Under the pieces are notes generated by a model, which was not told where the DNA came from, did not search any database, and worked only from the letters and a program-made list of their open reading frames with translations. Shown here piece by piece: positions 10,071-23,992 of a stretch of 64,000 nucleotides of DNA; positions within the stretch are counted from its first letter, which is position 1, and each line of letters begins with the position of its first letter. Source of the stretch: Paraspadella gotoi (Eukaryota > Animalia > Chaetognatha); NCBI GenBank assembly GCA_051294375.1, contig CM119266.1, forward strand, positions 10,131,677 to 10,195,676. The letters are read 5' to 3'. The position numbers and the translations under genes were made by a program.

Positions 10071-11962
10071 GAGGCGAGAGATGAGCTAAAAATAGAATCT
10101 CCGATGACGACGATGACGACGATGAAGAATTGAAGATTGTATGAATAAGCAGTCACGTGATCGCTTATATATATATCTATTAAGTCAATACTCAGTAGAG
10201 GCCCTCTGGTGACTCGAATTGACCTCCGTCATTCGGATGACCTAAGTCACAGAGATTTTTTTCACCGAACTACAGTCAAGGCTCAGTCGTCGTCGTCGTC
10301 GTCGTCGGCTTTCCTCTCTATTTTTATATTGTGAAAAAAAAAGATCAATTGAATTTCAAAGCCAAAACTACATTCTTCTCTTTTTCTCAATGACGTCGAC
10401 ATAAATTGTTACCATTCACATATTTGTATTTTTACGTTTCTTCTTCAAGTTTACCGACAGTTTTATATATAAGTTTTGGATTTATGTAATACGTTTTGAT
10501 TTAACGTACTCTCGTTTTGTTTGTAAACAAACAATTAATTGTATTAAACCAACGAATTAATTTTTTTGGCCGTGGAACCCCCCCCCCCCGCAAAAAATTA
10601 TTTTAGAATTAGCGAACTGACGTTAAAGTTGAGACGATCGAAGGAAAGACTGAGGTGAACTTTTCTTTTTGACTGTTTCCGCGTTAGGCGGGTAGAAGCA
10701 ATGGAAAGGGGGGCAGCGGGAAAAAGAGGAGAGCGGGTAAAAGGAAAGGAAACAGAGGGGCGGTGCGGAAAATATTGCGAGCGAGATAAAATGACCCACT
10801 TATAAAGCTGCATGAAGGTAAAAAAAAGATCCAGTTTTGTTTTTGTTTTTGTTTTTGTTGTTGTTGTTTTTTTCCTGACTCCAGATCCCCCACACCGCAA
10901 CACCACGAAGTCAACTGCATCACAACAACTGGTCCGAGTCCCGAAATCCCCTTTGGTCGACCTGAGGTTGATCAAGCAGCCTTCATCCTCCGCCATAAGA
11001 GACTTACCTGAAGAAACTTACCCGTTTGGATGGAAGCCGCGAAATTCGATCCTCGAGATCGTGGGTCGAAGACAACGACAACAAATACGACGACGACGAC
11101 AACGTTGACGATAACAACGACGACGACGAAGCTAAATAACCGAGGCGACGACGACGACGACGACGACCACGACAATAATGACGACAACGACGACTCAATT
11201 TTTGGGCGTGATATGAGATGAAATCAGAAAAATAATGATCACGAATCCGCAATATTGATTCTATTAATATCTTCTTTCTTCCTATCTCTTTTCGCTCATT
11301 GCGATACTTTTAGCTCTAAATTTAAATATAAACAAATGGAAAATATCAACCATGAAAAAACTGGAGTTGAGAATAAAACGAGAAATACTAGCAAGACTAA
11401 GACGACGTCGACGACGACGACGATAACGACGACAGACGAGGCCGACTCGGAGTTTTTGCGCATGGAACCAGATCAGTTAGGAGAGGAAAAAGAAAGCTGG
11501 GAATGGAAATCAAATAACGAACGACGAAGTCAGCCGACGTTGACCACGACGAACGATGAGCGGAACGACCGGCTGGAAACGAACGACGATGAACGACGAC
11601 GGTGGAACGACGAACAGCTAACGATGATGGAGTTGATGGGGTTGCTGAGCTTCGACGATGACGACGACGACGAAAAACAAAATAACAACTTGGTCGCATT
11701 CAAAACTCGAATCAAAATCAAAATTCTGTTTCTTACGATCGAATAAACTCTTCCGTTATTCTTTTGTTTGGTTCATGGCAACGCCAACGGATGCCAACGG
11801 TTTTAGATAAGAAAGAAAAAATTTACACACAAAATTTAAATAAATGATATTTATATTTTTTTTAAAAGAAGGAACGCCTCGGCATTTCATTGACGCCCGG
11901 TGAAATACGACTCCCATAAGCTACGAGAAGAACAATGAATTGAAAATTCAATTGAGGATCAA

Positions 11963-12001
<39 letters not shown>

Positions 12002-12051
12002 TTCTCTCTCTTCTCTCTTTCTGTCTCTGTTTCTCTCTCGTTTCTCTCTTT

Positions 12052-12082
<31 letters not shown>

Positions 12083-12504
12083 ATTCTCTCTCTCCTCTCT
12101 CTCTTCTCTCTCTCTCTCTCTTCTCTCTCTTCTCTCTCCTCCTCTCTCCCTACCTCTCCTATCATTTTTCTTTTATAATGAAGGATTTTGATTGAGTGAT
12201 TGATTGCGTTTCTTCATCGACTCTCGTTTCCTTCTCAAATTTTCAATCTTTCTCCACAAGTCGTTTTCTCCTCCTCTTCCTCTTCCTCCTCCTCTTCCTC
12301 CTCCTCCTCCTCAACTTTTCCTCCTTTTAGAAAACCAAGGCAGAAAAAGAGAGAAAAAAAAGTCACAGGTTGACTTTTTTGTCTTTTAAATTTGTTTTCT
12401 CTTTTTTTCTTTTTCTCTTCATTTATCACTTTTTATTTCGTTATTCTTTTTTTTTATTTCTTTCTTTCTTTTTTCTTTCTTCTTTTTTCACCATCAAATT
12501 TGTT

Positions 12505-12580
<76 letters not shown>

Positions 12581-12589
12581 TCAGCGTCA

Positions 12590-12960
12590 TCACCGAGCAC
12601 CACCTTCCCATCACAAAACATAACCTTCTTATCACTGCAACCCCTTTCTCCCATTACCACTATTTTCCCATCACCAAACACTCTCTTCCCTTCACCAAAC
12701 ACCCTCTCCCAAAACCAAACACCCTCTTGTCCCTCTTCCCATCACCAAACCACCACCTTCCCATCACTGCATCCTCCTCTTTTTCCCATCGCGAAACACC
12801 TTCTTGGCCCTCGTCCCATCACCAAACACCACCTCCCCATCACTGCAACCTCCTCCTCCTCTTCCCATCACGAAACACTTTCTTGTTCCTCGTCCCATCG
12901 CCAAACACAATCTTCCCATCCCCGAAAGCCCTCTTCCCATCTACCCTCCATCTCATTCCC
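12590..12960. repeat. Degenerate pyrimidine-rich minisatellite (core CTTCCCATCACCAAACAC)
   Basis: The core recurs about 10 times with irregular spacing. Confidence 0.7.
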
Positions 12961-13386
12961 AGCAACACTCGCGTCGGCATTAAATCGGATGAGTTCAAAG
13001 TTTGTGATGATCTTTACTCTCTGACGACAAATATATGATCTGGGAAAGGAGGGTCGTCGTTGTCGTCGTCGTCGTCGTCGTCGTGTTCGTTGACATTGTC
13101 ATCATGAGATATGTAGATCAGTTTAAATGTTATTTTGTCTTTTTTTTCTAATAGTTGATAATGTAAGAAAGCCAAAAAAGGATAAAATATATGTATACCT
13201 AACATGTATTAAGACGTCATATCGTCGTCAATGTCATTTTTTGTTTGTTGTTATCAGTTTCCGCTGTCGTGATTGTTTGTCATTGTCATTGTCCTCACGG
13301 TTCTAATCACCGAAAAACGACGATTGTCCACTCACACGTGTCTCTGTCCGTAATTCACGCTCCTTCTGTCATCACGGACGTCGACA

Positions 13387-13433
<47 letters not shown>

Positions 13434-14285
13434 TTCTTTGCATAAGTCTCATGAGTCGACGGAAAATTAGATTCTGGTAATAAAAACCGCAATAAAATAA
13501 GTTTGGGCTCAGAAGCCGAGACGAAGTTTTTCCTCTGTTGACGCGAATCGAACAGAAACACTTTTTTTCTTCTCTTTTTCCTCAAAAATGTTCGTTTCCT
13601 TTATTCTTGGTCCATATGTGACGGAGAACTGAGGGGGGGGGAAGAAAGGATGGTAGGGATGAATGGAATGAATACTTGTTTAATGAATGTATATATTGGA
13701 ATTAATGAATCGATCAGATCAATTATCATCCATTAGACTATCCAAATCAATGAATGTGAAGAGAGAGAGGGAGAGAGGAGAGAGAGGAGGAGAAGGTCAG
13801 GAGAGATGAGAGAGAGAGAGGAGGAAAGAGAAGAGAGAGAAGATCTCGTTTCCCGCTCAGAATAATTGGGCGGGAGGAAGCACTCCACGAAATAGAGGGA
13901 AAGGGCGACATATCAGAGGGTGGCTCCTCTGGGCGCGTCCCTGCTGCTCACTGTGGGTTTTTCACCATGGCGACTGACTCAGCATCGCGGAAACCGATGG
14001 GCTCAGGTACGGGCCATGCCCCGTATACCCTCGTCTGCGGCCCCATTATATAGGGGCCATCGGCGTTGCCCGCATGTACTAGGGCGGTCTCGTTGGGCTT
14101 CGGCGAATAGAGGTCTTCTTTCCCAAAGGGTTTTTTTCTGTATTCCGGTTTTTTTTTCACCCGCCACGCCCGAGAAGACATCCGAGGTTTTTTTAAGAAA
14201 TTCGAGTTGGTATAATTTTAAAAGCCCCGTCGTTTTCTCCCGCATTCGGCATCTTTTTAAATGATCTGATTTTCAATTCTTCTTC

Positions 14286-14351
<66 letters not shown>

Positions 14352-14598
14352 ATTTTCTTTTTTTTATTTTTAATAATTATTTTTTTATTTTTTTTTTTTT
14401 TTTTTTTATTTTTTTTTTTTTTTTTTTTATGATTGAATAAAAAAAAAATATGTTTAACTAAAATAAGAATGAAAAAAAAAGTAAATAAATAAATTCCGAA
14501 GTGTCATCAATCATATTTTGTAAAAAAAAATCTTCTTGCCTTGGATTCAAATTTTAAGCCCTGCCGGTGCATTCAAGCAGGGAGATAAGAGAGAGGAG

Positions 14599-14652
<54 letters not shown>

Positions 14653-15350
14653 AGGGAAAGATAGAGAGAAGGACGGAGACGAGAGAGGAGAGAGAGAAAG
14701 AGAGAGAGAGAGAAAATTAATTTTGAACTTTTTATTATCGACGATCTCGGGTGGTGAGGAATATCAAAAACTCACCCAAATGGAACCGTTGGTACTAAAG
14801 TTCGTACAGGGAGGAAGGTTTGTCTGGCACGAGGAAAAAGTCATTAGTGAGCAAAAACAATCTTTTATTATAAAAGTTTACAGATGACTTGTGTTTACCA
14901 TATCTTTAAAAAAAAAAATTTTTTAACTATCAAAAAAAAGATATTATAATTCATTAAAGTGATAACTTCTGTTAAAGATAAAACATTTTTAACTTAGGAA
15001 AATATATTTTAAGATTCTAACAATTACTTTTTAATATTCACAGCGGGTCAGGGAGGTTAGTGTTGTATTCTGGATATATCTCCCAGGTCAAACAAAACCA
15101 TACTGTACTCGTGACTTACCCAGTTGGCTTTTATTTTCTCTCGAAACGAAAAAAACAAAACAAAAACCAAAAAAAAAAACGAGCGACGGTCAATGATTTT
15201 ATGCAAACGAGGCACAATCCGACTTTGTTTCCTTTTTTTTCCCTCCGCGATGATAATTTGCCCAAATTTGCGCGCGAAATGTTTCGCTGCCAAAAAATAA
15301 CATCCGCCGATGACTGGAGAGCAATATGGTCTTGTCTCTCTCTCTCTCTC

Positions 15351-15431
<81 letters not shown>

Positions 15432-15783
15432 CAACAAAACCAACTGCCCCCCCCCCCAAAAAAAACGCGCAGTGACCATGCATCTCGCGGCTTAATTAAG
15501 GCGAAATTCGCTTCGACGTCGACAAATGACTTCAATGTCGAAATCCAATTCCCTTTTTGTTTCCATTTCAATTCTGACCCTTTTTATTTTTTTTATTTAT
15601 TTTTTTTTCGAGCGGACCTCTTTCAACAGAACAATTTTTGTACATGACGATCCAGTAATTTCTTTTTACATTTATTACCAAGTAGAGTAATATTTCTTAT
15701 TTACATTTCCTTTCTTTTGTTTTTACGCGGCCCCTCACCCATTTTCCCAAACCAACTTCCCACATTCATGTCTCTAATCAAAT

Positions 15784-15868
15784 AGTCAAGCCCCACAGTC
15801 AGGCCCCACAGTCAGGCCCCACAGTCAGGCCTCACAGTCAGGCCTCACAGTCAGGCCTCACAGTCAGA
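15784..15868. repeat. 13-bp tandem repeat CAGTCAGGCC(C/T)CA, about 6.5 units
   Basis: Direct; degraded version at ~34334-34412. Confidence 0.9.
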
Positions 15869-16437
15869 CTTCGTCGTAATTTTTGTCGTCGTCGTCATCG
15901 TCGTCGTGAGGTTCAACTCACCCCGTGAATGCATGCACGCGTAATTTGACACACACAGACACCCAAAAAAGCGCGCTTTTGTCATCGACGACTCGCGAAT
16001 CTTCAAGTCGTCGTCGTCGTCGTCGTCGTCGTCATCGACATCAAAGTTTTCGCCCTCATTTAGCTTATTTTTCCCTCCCTTTCGTCGTCGTCGTCGTCGT
16101 CTAGTTTGTATCCCTTGTCAACGGGTGGTCGCAATTATCGTATTAATTTTGCCCTCTGAAGAATTGTTAAAGCTTTGACCCTGACGTGACAATTATTATA
16201 CTTATCGCCCTTGTCAATTTTGTTCGGGGTAGTCGTCATCAATATTATCATCTTCATCGTCTCCCTCCTTCGTCGTCTTCGCCGTCGTCGTCGTCGGCGT
16301 CCGTCGTCGTCGTTCGTCGTAACGTCGACGTCGTCTCGTCGTCGTCCTCATTGCTATCATCTTCGTCGTCGTCGTCTTACTCACGAGGCTCAAGGACTCA
16401 GCGTCGCAACAAAAAAAAAAAGAAAGAAAATAGAGAG

Positions 16438-16485
<48 letters not shown>

Positions 16486-16906
16486 TGAGAGAGAAGAAGA
16501 GAGAGAGAGAGAGAGAGAGGAAACCCCGAGATGATAATAGAATATTCGGGGAAAAAAACTACGAATTTTGTTGACGAAGACGACGACGAAGGACACTGTT
16601 ACCGATCAAACAAATGTTATACTCGTTTATTACAATACTTTGTTTTTCGATTTCGTATTTGTGTTTGGCGAGCATTTAAATATTTTATTAAGCCGATACT
16701 ATTATAATAAGGCTCATATATGTCGAAAGGCGGAATATGAACAACTAGAATTCCTGACACCCGATTTGGATACGACACAATACTAATTGACACATAAGAA
16801 GGAAGGACGACGACGACGACGCGACGACGACGACGATAAGGAAAAATTCGACGACGACAAGGACAAAGACAACAATTGACTCATTGATATTTTCGGGGAA
16901 AAAAAA

Positions 16907-16907
<1 letters not shown>

Positions 16908-16943
<36 letters not shown>

Positions 16944-17100
16944 TGTCAATGAACTGGCAATGGCGCCTGCACACTTTAACTTTTTCTTTGTTCGGTCTGA
17001 AGCTCCGTCAGTCTACATCTTCGATTAAGTAAGTATTGCTTCAACTTACCCAACTCTTTTCTTCAACTTACCCAACCCTTTTTTTATTTTCCTTTCACTA
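16908..17100 (-). repeat. Dispersed repeat family R2 attached to a (GA)n tract
   Basis: (GA)n-TCAATGAACTGGCAAT...CTTTTTCTTTGTTCG...GATTAAG...CTTCAACTTACCC, also found in the fukutin-like intron (57880-58120, ~50160-50310). Confidence 0.6.
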
Positions 17101-17284
17101 CCTTTCTCTCCTCTTTCTCTCCTTTCCCTCCCCTTTCCTTACCCCCAGCTGCCTTCCGATCTCCGCCCCCCTTTGAATCTGCGAGACTCTTCCTTCACAT
17201 CTTTCATCCTAGTACCCGTCGCAGTTTTGCATAAACTTAGCTTAAATTTATACAATATATGAATATTTACTCAAGTATTACTAA

Positions 17285-17465
17285 TGTAGCGTCTCTTGCT
17301 ACTGAACTCTGACTGAGGCTGTCCACAGATGAATAAAGGTTTGAATAAGTTTTATTTCTATTTACAACAAAAATTTAAGCAATTTGGTGTGGAGAGGAAC
17401 TGAACTCCTCTCTCTCTTGCCTTCCCCTTTTATATCTTTAGCCGTCGAACGAGATTACCGCTACA
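17285..17465 (-). mobile_element. LTR of an LTR retrotransposon (181 bp) with an adjacent PPT-like tract
   Basis: Termini TGTAGCG...CGCTACA (7-bp inverted, TG..CA). On the minus strand, TATAAAAGG precedes AATAAA. Purine-rich AAGGAGG...AGAAAGATA lies immediately 5'. No TSD seen. Confidence 0.6.
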
Positions 17466-17687
17466 TATCTTTCTGAGACCTCCTTGGAAGATATTGCGCA
17501 ACCGATCTTTGGATTTCACTGGGATTGTGAAATCCAAAGCCGGCCTTTCTCTAAGTGGGTGGGAAAACCGCAATCATACTTTTCTTGGGTTCTATTATAT
17601 ACACATATTGTATATATATTTTAAAATGGCTTTTATAAGGGACCCGCTAAAAAAAAAATTGCGCAGGCCCACTTCGACAGTCTACAC

Positions 17688-20600
17688 CTGCTGGACAAAT
17701 GGCCAAATGGCCTTTGTTGGAATCCGACTACATTGGGCTCCATTCTGACAAGGGTTAGGATGCAGACGTCCGTCCGAGTCGCAATGTCGCCAACGAAGGT
17801 CGTCTTGCAGACGCAGTGTAACCTCCGTTTTCATCGAGCATTGGAGGGTTGTTGTCCTTGAGGAGAGGAGGGAGGAGGAGGAGGAGGAGGAGGGAGAGAA
17901 GAGGAGAATATAGGGGAAGAGAAATGACAAAGTATTAGCTTTCTTAGCCTATTTTCCATAACGCCTTCATTTAATCTTAAATTTGGAATTAGATTAATTT
18001 TTAATAAAGATTAGGTTGAAAATTAGATTAAGGGTTTAGGTTAGGGATTAGGCTAGCGATAAAATTTAGAAATTTGGTCAGTGATTTAGGGTTATGGTTA
18101 GGAGGAGAGTAGAAATTACGCATTAAAGGTTTGGGTTAAGGTTAGGGCTTAGGATTAGGTCAAAGTTTGAGATTGACGTTAGAAATTAAGGTTAGGGATT
18201 AAGTTATTAATTTAAAAAATATATTTTAAGTAGATATTAAGGTTTAAATTTAATTCCGGATAAAGCAAAATAATGGGGCGCTCTGAGAAAAAGAGGAACC
18301 CCCGCCCCCCATCGACACCTGATTGCACGGTCCCAAATTCTGATTGGCGTACGCACTCGTTCACATTCGTCCCGCACCTGTTCCCTCTCCACCCGCTCGT
18401 GCATCTGCACGTGAGAGGCATCGACATATATGAGGCAGCTGTCAGGTGCAGTCGCGGCGGTCTATGGCGCAGGTGGGGCCGATGTAGCCTGGTTTTGGAG
18501 GTGAGGTGTGGAGGGGTGGTGAAATGAAAAGGTTGAAAATGGAAATGACCAGGGAAATTAGCAAATGGAAAGGGAAATGGAAGAAGAAACGAAAAAATGA
18601 AGTGGAAAATATAATTGGGACATGGAAATTTAAAAAAAAAAATTAAAATGGTAATATTGAATTGGAAAATGTAAAAAAAATGAAATGGCCCTGCTAAATA
18701 AAAAATGGAAATAAGTAATGAAAAATCGTAAAAAACTCAAATTGATATGTAAAATAGAAAATAGAAAGGTGGCTATGAAAAATGGAGAAAATGGAAATGG
18801 CAGGGAGAAAAGAAAGGGAAAATGGAAAAAAATGTAATGGCGGGGAAAAAAGAAATTTGGAAAAGGGGGAAAATGAAAAAAATGAATGGCCACGCAAAAA
18901 GAAAATGGAATGAAAAAATTGGAAAAAAAAAAGAAATGGCTAGTAAAATAGAAAATGGAAATGAAATTTGCAAAATGGAAAAAGGAAAATGACCCTACCA
19001 GTCCTTCCCAGAGCCTACCAGACCTGAAGCAGATCTTAACTGACTTACCGGACCCAACCAGACCTTACCCAGACCCTTACCGGACCTAACCAAGACCCCT
19101 TATCCTCGAACTCTCTGACATCTGCACTTGAATCTTTGACAGAGTCAGTCCGGAATCGATCTCGCAGACTCTCCGTTGAGACAAGGAGACGATCGCATTT
19201 GGTGACAGTGGCGCAGAATGGACCCGAGAATCCGGGAAGACAAAGGCAAGAGAAACTGCCCGGTTATTGGCGCAGAGTCGGGTGTTGACTGTGGAAAGAA
19301 AAAGTCATGGTGAGTGGGGCTGACGCTTCGCCAAAAAAAAAGTACATTTGTTTCTTCGTTTCTCTTATTGGCCAAAAAATAACGAATGAACTCGATCGAA
19401 AATTCGGCTCTTCTTTTCCAGAGTGCCCCATTTCTGTACGCTATTCCAGCAACTTAATTTTAACCTTAGTATAAAATTGGTAATTTTTACAAATCAACTT
19501 AAATATGTTCTTAATGCTATAGACCAATCCATTAACCTCAGAAATAACAATAACCCCCTAATCCTAATTAATCCCGAACCAAACCTTTTAAACCCTAAAC
19601 TCTTGTTCATACCCAATCTCTACCCTGATTACAACCAAGTCCCTAAAACCTTAAACCTTAGTTAATATCTAACTTAATCCCTAATCTTAACCTCCAGCCT
19701 ATCATTAACTTAACTAAAAATTAATGTAATTCAAATTTAGGCTAAAATGAGGCCATTCTGGGAAAATAAGCCAAGCTAGGGGCAAGATAGGTTTATTTAT
19801 AAAGTGATATGAATAATTTTTATATAATGGTCTTACAATTTCGTTATCCTCTCATACAACCTACAACCGACCCCACCACCTAGGCCCCCTTCCCTCTTTC
19901 TCTCAAACCCACCGCCACGCAATTCCCTTTCCCGCCGTGGTAGCGCATTCGTTTGACGTCTTGCTCGCAGGAGTCACCCATCCAACCGGAACTGCATGAG
20001 CAGATGGCCTGCCAGAGACAATATTGCAGACGCCATTGTTCTTGCAGAATCCTGACATGAGTTTGTCTCGCAACGAGGACCAAGAAAAACCTGAGTAATA
20101 TTTTTGTTTTTTGTTTTATTTTTTTATGTTGTTATTTGATGCTTATTTTTATTTTTGATTGTTCTTGTTGTTATTTGTTGTTAGATTTCAATGTTGTTGC
20201 TTGTTTTCGTTTGCAGCTACATTCACAACCACATAATTACCGGCACAAAAGCAACCACCGCAACAAGAAAAAACAACAAGAACAACAACAAAATTCTTAG
20301 CAATCGCAACAACCACAACACTTTGTCCCCAAATTAACCATAACAACGACAACAACACAAAATTTATAAGCAACAACATCAACAACATTAAGCACAACCA
20401 ACAATTCCACAATAATCTCAAAAAAACCAAAACCACATCCACCATCAACAACCTGATGGCACTGGCACTTCGGCCTAGCAAGGGTCAGCTGGATCGGGGA
20501 GCAATCCCTTGGTTGGCGCAAGGGTTTGGCTGGCAGGCATTTGACATCTGGCATTGATCGCCAGTTAAACAGCGTCTTTGCAAAGACATTTGTAGGAACC

Positions 20601-23600
20601 GTATAGATTTGACAAACTTGGTCTTTGTCTGAAAAGAGAAAAGAATAAGAATTAAGAAAGAAAGAATGAGAATTGAGAAAGAAATGAGAATTGAGAAAGA
20701 AACAATGAGAATGAGAATAGAAATCAAGAAACGAATGAAGTGATCTAAAGATTTCACAGAATTTGTTTCTTCCATTTGCTCATCCTTAAGATTTCACCCA
20801 CCGATCACAAGGACCGTAAGGATTGTTTCACAAACATTCGTTGACGTCCTTGTCGCAATTTCTCCCGTGAAACCTGTAAAAAAAAAGAGTGAATAAATAA
20901 AGAAAATATTCCAAAAAAGGTACCTATCTTGGTATGTATGTATCGAATAAACGAGTTATTAAAATACTTAAGTATCTTTTAAAAATATATTATCTTTCCT
21001 GTAATCAAGTCAGCATTATAATCAAGACATATTTTATGAATTAAACGAAAATCAAAAAAATAAAAATTTTTTTTCCTAAAATATATAATTAAATAACGAA
21101 AAATATTGTTAGTACAAAAATTCCAAATACAATATTATTAGATATTAATGATAATAATGAAAAAAAACATACAAACCTGTTTTGCAAGTGCAGAACAAAC
21201 TTTCTTCAGTTGAGATTTGGATTTAATTTGCATTCGCCCTCTTTACACGGATTCGGCGAAAAGGAACAGTTCACAACTTTTTCCATGGAAGCCGGTTTCG
21301 CAATAGCATCTGGTTAGAGAGAGAGAATACAATTAAAAATAGATCACATTTGTCAAAAAAAAAAAATATTAAAAAAGTTTTTTTAACCGACCATTATTTA
21401 TTTATTTATTTATTATTCCAATAAATTTTATGCCCCATAACTGTCTGTTCTCCCATTATTTAATTTTAGCCTTAACATTAACCTAAATAAGTTTAAATGT
21501 AGAAAACTAATCCCTAATCCAAACCTTAACCCTCAACACTTATCCTTAATGTCTAATCTAAACGCTAGTTCGTAACCTAAAATCCCTAACCCTAATTACA
21601 AACCAAGTCCCTAACCTTAATCACTATCCTAATCCTTAACCTTAATCGTAATTTTTAAATCAAAGAATTAATTAAATTTTTAATTTAAGATAAAACGGGG
21701 CATTCGGGGAAAATAAAGGCCTATCTTTTCTTCCCCATCTCTTCCTCCTTTTCCCATTCATTTTCCCAATCAATTTTCCCATCTCAACCCCTCCCTTAAC
21801 CATCTCACCTGTATCCATTGTTCCGGACCATGATGCCACCTCCCTTGGTTTCCGGCACGGGTTCGGCTCGAATGCAGGGTCCCGGAGTGAAGGAAGTCGT
21901 CGGTTTCAGTGTGGAAACGGTGGAAACCGGAGTGGTAGTCAGAGTGGAAAACGGTGGAAACCGAGTTGTGCAGAGTAGAAACCGGAGAACGGGTGGTAAC
22001 GAAAGTGCTGGTGGATGGCTGGAAGGTGAGGGGGCGGTAATGGAAAATTCGCCCGATGATTGGTTAAATCCAAGTCCGTTCGACCAATCAGAATTCGAGA
22101 AATTGGAAATAGGATTGAGGCGGTGGTTTTTATTTTTTTTTTTTAAAATGTTGTTATTTTCCTTCTCGCTTTTGATCCACGACCAAACATAACAACATGC
22201 TTTATTACAAAAAAATGTTTGGGAGTGATTTATAATTCCTTTTTTTATAATTTACCTTAGTCCCAATATGATCGACTTAGGCAAAATTGTTTTTTTTAAG
22301 TAAGTAGATTTTTTTTTGCTTTATTTAGTAATTAACTGAATAAGAGTTTAGGAAATTAGCTTAAAACGGAAATATAACTGAGAATCTCACTACCTAATTG
22401 CTTTAATTAAAGAAGAATAATATTGCAACTTCCAAAACAAAAAAAAAAGATAAATTAAATGTAAAATTAAAAAAATTATCAATTAGATCGTTTACGGTAT
22501 TTATTTGAAATTGTAGATCATAATCAAATATAAAACTTTAAATTTGCTTAACAGTCGAGAGTTTAAGCCCTAATAAAAAAAACGCTTAGTAATTTGAGAA
22601 AAAAAAATTTCCCAATACATTCATACACCCACTTTAATCCATTTTTTTTCTGGCCCCCCTCTTTCTTACTTACCCCCCCTCACTCATCTCAAACTTGGCT
22701 CCTCGAACTCACCTTGGTAGACTTCGAACTGGAACATCTGCAAATCTCTGACGACGAGAATTTGTTGCCGTCCGTCGACCTCTAAACTCCAGGACATTGA
22801 GGGCGGCCAGAATCGATGTGGACGGGAAACTTCGAGGAGGCCAAGTTGACGGTTTGATCTCTCTGCGAAATGAGAAATCAATTAAGAAATCAATTAAAAA
22901 AATGAATCAATTCAAGAAACCAATAAATCAATCAATTCTTCAAAAATTCAAACAAGAAATCAATCGAGAATGGATCAAACGATCAATCAATCAAGAAATC
23001 TAAAAATTCGATTGAGAAATTCATTGTCGTCGTGCGTCGGAATGAGTTCACCCCCTGCCTATCAGCATGACACCTTCCGGTCGTGACACGGCGGCTTCAA
23101 TGATTAACGCCGGCAGATCATGACCATTATCCTAATCTCTAATAGTATCTTCCTGCGGGAACGCGAGTCGAATGTACAAGTCATCTCTCACCGGTCGCGA
23201 CTGAAGGGGACTTACTTACAGGCGGGACGAACTATACTCTAACTTGCTATAAGTTATAGCAATGCCCGACTCGCGCTGGATCTTGTCTTTAAAGTCCGGC
23301 ATCGATTCTTAACCTGACAGTCCAATTCCAGTCACCCACTGCGTCCTCTCCAACGGTCGTCACGAATTCTCTTGGTTGGATTCTCGTCGGCGAACTGAAT
23401 TCTTTATACAGGTGTTCAACGAGGGTATTGATTTAATGTTACGCAATGTTACGAGTCGACAATGACAAAAGGGCTCTTCCTCCGAAAGTGAGCCATTTTT
23501 CCCCCCGTTATCCCAGATCGTATACGACACGGATTTTAAATCGGAGTGAAATGAAAAGATCAAATGCTGTGGCAAATAATTTGTTATAGCAACTTGAGAT

Positions 23601-23806
23601 TTTGCCTTGGTAGAAAAATGTTGCAAAAGAAAGCGCTGGAAGGCAAGCGCACCAGTGGTTATGATGTAAATATTATCAATTTGCTACATAGGAACGCCAA
23701 CCTCATAGACGGCTGGGCGTCTAGTGGAACGTTCCATTGGTCGTTGTTGAGCCGAGTCCCGAATGAAATTCTAAAAAAGGAAGGGAAGGAGAGAGAGAGA
23801 GAGAGG

Positions 23807-23882
<76 letters not shown>

Positions 23883-23936
23883 TGATGAGAAAAAAGAAGA
23901 TATGAGAGGAAAAAAAATATTACTTTCTCTCTTTCT

Positions 23937-23992
<56 letters not shown>

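Noticed and set aside
13905-14105. ~200-bp GC-rich insert with ORFs 13920-14264 and 14003-14245
   Set aside because: Absent from copy 2, which has only a short G-run here (~32840-32863). It is random-like and consistent with a long-read insertion burst.
14287-14430. Long poly-T tract as a retrocopy poly(A) tail
   Set aside because: The duplicate shows only about 14 T, so the length is unreliable. No adjacent retrocopy is seen.
15784-15868. CRISPR-like array
   Set aside because: 13-bp head-to-tail units with no unique spacers, in a eukaryotic context with no cas genes.
8502-16974. Many ORFs rich in ER, SL, FFLS, poly-T/D/R or QHQ
   Set aside because: Translations of (GA)n, (CTTT)n, (CGT)n and (CAACAACAT)n microsatellites, with no domain content.
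17688-22120. Naming the EGF gene Notch, Crumbs or fibropellin
   Set aside because: No LNR, ankyrin, TM, CUB or avidin domain is seen, and the N-terminal CBM14 does not fit these genes.
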